The notes beneath the pieces are model-generated. The model was not told where the DNA came from. It did not search any database and was given only the letters and a program-made list of their open reading frames with translations. Shown in pieces: positions 15,830-17,791 of a DNA stretch of 17,791 nt. The stretch comes from a bacterium. GTDB taxonomy: Bacteria > Methylomirabilota > Methylomirabilia > CAVQYV01. Each line of letters begins with the position of its first letter. Within the stretch, counting starts at the first letter, position 1. Made by a program: the position numbers and the translations under genes. The stretch covers positions 1 through 17,791 of the forward strand of contig JAZDMQ010000105.1 in assembly GCA_043800755.1 (NCBI GenBank). The letters run 5' to 3'.

Positions 15830-16999
15830 ATGAATATGAAACGACTGCCCATCTTCCTCATCATGGCCGGACACCTGGTGGTAGACCTTTCCCAGAATAT
15901 CTTGCCGGTCATCTTGCCGATCCAGAAGGCGGCCTTCGGCCTCAGCTACTCCCAGGCAGGGCTGGTGGCTACCATGCTCAATGTGACCTCCTCCATGATC
16001 CAGCCCATCTTCGGATTCATCTCCGATCGGCGGAAGACGGACTGGTTCATTGCCCTGGGGGTCATCTGGACGGCCCTGCTCATGGGGATGTCTGGCCTCG
16101 CCCCCAGCTACCCCCTCCTGCTGCTGAGCGTCACCCTGGCCGGGTTCGGGACCGCGGCCTTCCACCCCCGGGCCTCGATGACCGTCAACTACCTCAGCGG
16201 CGCACGCCGGGGGATGGGGATGGCGATCTACACCCTGGGCGGGAACCTCGGTTTTGCCCTGGGGCCCGTCTTTGCGGCCTTGGTCGTCCTGCGCTGGGGC
16301 GTCGGAAGCACGGCCTGGCTGTTGGCCTTCGGGCTTCCCATCTCCCTGATCCTCTACCGGTGGCGGGGGGATCTCGCCATTTCCCCTCCTCCCCGTACCA
16401 GGAAGGCAGGAAAGATCGCATGGGCGCAGATGCCCTGGGTGGAACTGGGGGCCCTTGTCCTGGTGGTTGCCCTGCGCTCCTGGACTTACCAGGGCTTTAT
16501 CGTCTACCTGCCGCTTTTGCTGCAGAGCAAGGGGGTTAACCTCAGCGTGGGAAGCCGTCTGCTCTTCATATTTCTCCTCTCCGGGGCCATCGCCGGCCTC
16601 CTGGGAGGGCATCTCTCTGACCTTTGGGGACGGAAGAAGGTGATCGCCGGCAGCCTTCTCCTCTTCCCCCCCCTCATGCTGCTCGCTCTCAAGGCCTCTG
16701 GCCTCTGGGTCCCCTTATTCCTGGCGCTCTCGGGGACCATGCTCCTGGCAGGCTTCTCCGTCATCATCGTCTTTGCCCAGGAGATGATGCCGGGGAGTGT
16801 AGGATTGGCCTCGGGCCTCATGTTGGGGCTGGCCTTCGGAACGGGTGGGGTTGGGGTCTTCCTCTCCGGCCTGATGGCGGACTCGATTGGCCTGGAGAAG
16901 AGCATGACGATCCTGGCCCTGATGCCCTTACTGGCGGGCCTTTTGGCCTTGACCCTTAAAGATCGCCATCCGAGAGGATCGGCGGATCAGCGCGCTTAA
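15830..16999 (+). CDS. MFS transporter, Fsr (fosmidomycin-resistance)-like
   Basis: GHLVVD, QPIFGFISDR, AAFHP, GGNLGFALGP, GGHLSDLWGRKKVI, AQEMMP; roughly 12 hydrophobic segments. Confidence 0.9.
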   Translation: MNMKRLPIFLIMAGHLVVDLSQNILPVILPIQKAAFGLSYSQAGLVATMLNVTSSMIQPIFGFISDRRKTDWFIALGVIWTALLMGMSGLAPSYPLLLLSVTLAGFGTAAFHPRASMTVNYLSGARRGMGMAIYTLGGNLGFALGPVFAALVVLRWGVGSTAWLLAFGLPISLILYRWRGDLAISPPPRTRKAGKIAWAQMPWVELGALVLVVALRSWTYQGFIVYLPLLLQSKGVNLSVGSRLLFIFLLSGAIAGLLGGHLSDLWGRKKVIAGSLLLFPPLMLLALKASGLWVPLFLALSGTMLLAGFSVIIVFAQEMMPGSVGLASGLMLGLAFGTGGVGVFLSGLMADSIGLEKSMTILALMPLLAGLLALTLKDRHPRGSADQRA

Positions 17000-17025
17000 C
17001 TTCCAGACAGAGAAAGGAAAAAGCG

Positions 17026-17791
17026 ATGGAAGAAGTCAAGAATGTGGTGTTGACGAAGACAGAGCCCCTCAGCCAGTTTTGCGTGAGGCTCTTCGAGAAG
17101 GTGGGGGTGCCGACCGAGGATGCCAAAGTGCTCATGGACAACCTCATTGAGGCGGACCTCCGGGGGGTAGATACCCACGGGGTCACCCGGATTGCCATTT
17201 ACATCGAGCGCCTCCAGGGAGGGGCGGTGAAGGCCAAGCCCCAGATGAAGGTCCTGAACGAGACCCCGGTCTCCGCGCTCTTGGATGGAGACCACGGTCT
17301 GGGGCAGGTCATCTCGGCCAGGGCCATGAAGATAGCGATCGATAAGGCAAGAAAGGGCGTCTTCGGACTGGTGGGGGTGCGCAATTCCACCCACAATGGC
17401 GCGATGGCCCACTTTGCCACGATGGCGGTCAAGGAGGACCTGATCGGCATCGGCCTCACCAACACCGTTCCTCTGATGGCGCCTACCGGGGGAAATCAGG
17501 CCATGATCGGCAATAACCCCCTGGCCATTGCGGCCCCGGCCGGATCGGAGAAACCAGTGATCTTCGATATGGCCTGCTCCATCGCGGCCAGGGGAAAGAT
17601 CATCCTGGCCGCCAAGAAGGGGGACAAGATCCCCCTGGGATGGGCGATCGACAAGGACGGCCTGCCCACCGAGGACGCCAAAGCGGCCCTGGAAGGCCTC
17701 ATTCTGCCGGTGGGCGGACACAAGGGCTATGGCCTCGCCCTGATGATGGATGTCCTCTCCGGGGTCCTCACCGGGGCCAGCTTCGGCCCGG
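17026..17791 (+). CDS. Ldh_2-family oxidoreductase (malate/L-lactate/sulfolactate/ureidoglycolate dehydrogenase-like), 3'-truncated by the window
   Basis: Not in the ORF track; translated by hand: MEEVKNVV...EADLRGVDTHGVTRI...LDGDHGLGQV...VRNSTHNGA...GNNPLAIAAP...FDMACS...IPLGWAIDKDG.PTED...GGHKGYGLALMMDVLSG. Confidence 0.92.
   Translation, partial: MEEVKNVVLTKTEPLSQFCVRLFEKVGVPTEDAKVLMDNLIEADLRGVDTHGVTRIAIYIERLQGGAVKAKPQMKVLNETPVSALLDGDHGLGQVISARAMKIAIDKARKGVFGLVGVRNSTHNGAMAHFATMAVKEDLIGIGLTNTVPLMAPTGGNQAMIGNNPLAIAAPAGSEKPVIFDMACSIAARGKIILAAKKGDKIPLGWAIDKDGLPTEDAKAALEGLILPVGGHKGYGLALMMDVLSGVLTGASFGP

Noticed and set aside
12773..16612. Long antisense ORFs (244, 411 and 340 aa)
   Set aside because: Typical shadow ORFs opposite well-supported genes in high-GC DNA; no recognisable motifs.

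Overview
GC-rich bacterial chromosomal region. Gene content suggests an anaerobe of Desulfobacterota/deltaproteobacterial type, but that is inference. From left to right: the 5' end of an IS1380-family element (minus strand, cut by the window edge); a signal-peptide-bearing DUF151 bifunctional nuclease gene interrupted by an in-frame TGA; an hbd-crotonase-iorA-iorB operon; a cold-shock protein gene with a long structured leader and a strong terminator; a convergent cutA-patatin-MltD-like(LysM) operon; an internally deleted FAD-oxidoreductase remnant; an SDR; a small antisense exported-protein ORF with its own sigma54 promoter and tandem enhancer-like sites; hyi-family isomerase, PaaI thioesterase and UPF0280/ApbE-like genes; paaK-ACT-paaK; an Fsr-like MFS transporter; and a partial Ldh_2-family dehydrogenase. 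No rRNA, tRNA or CRISPR array was seen. The most notable items are the sigma54-controlled orphan ORF, the UGA-interrupted secreted nuclease, the doubly deleted flavoprotein, two PaaK paralogues with different pocket motifs next to IorAB, and the csp leader RNA. All family calls come from motif recognition by eye; no database searches were run.
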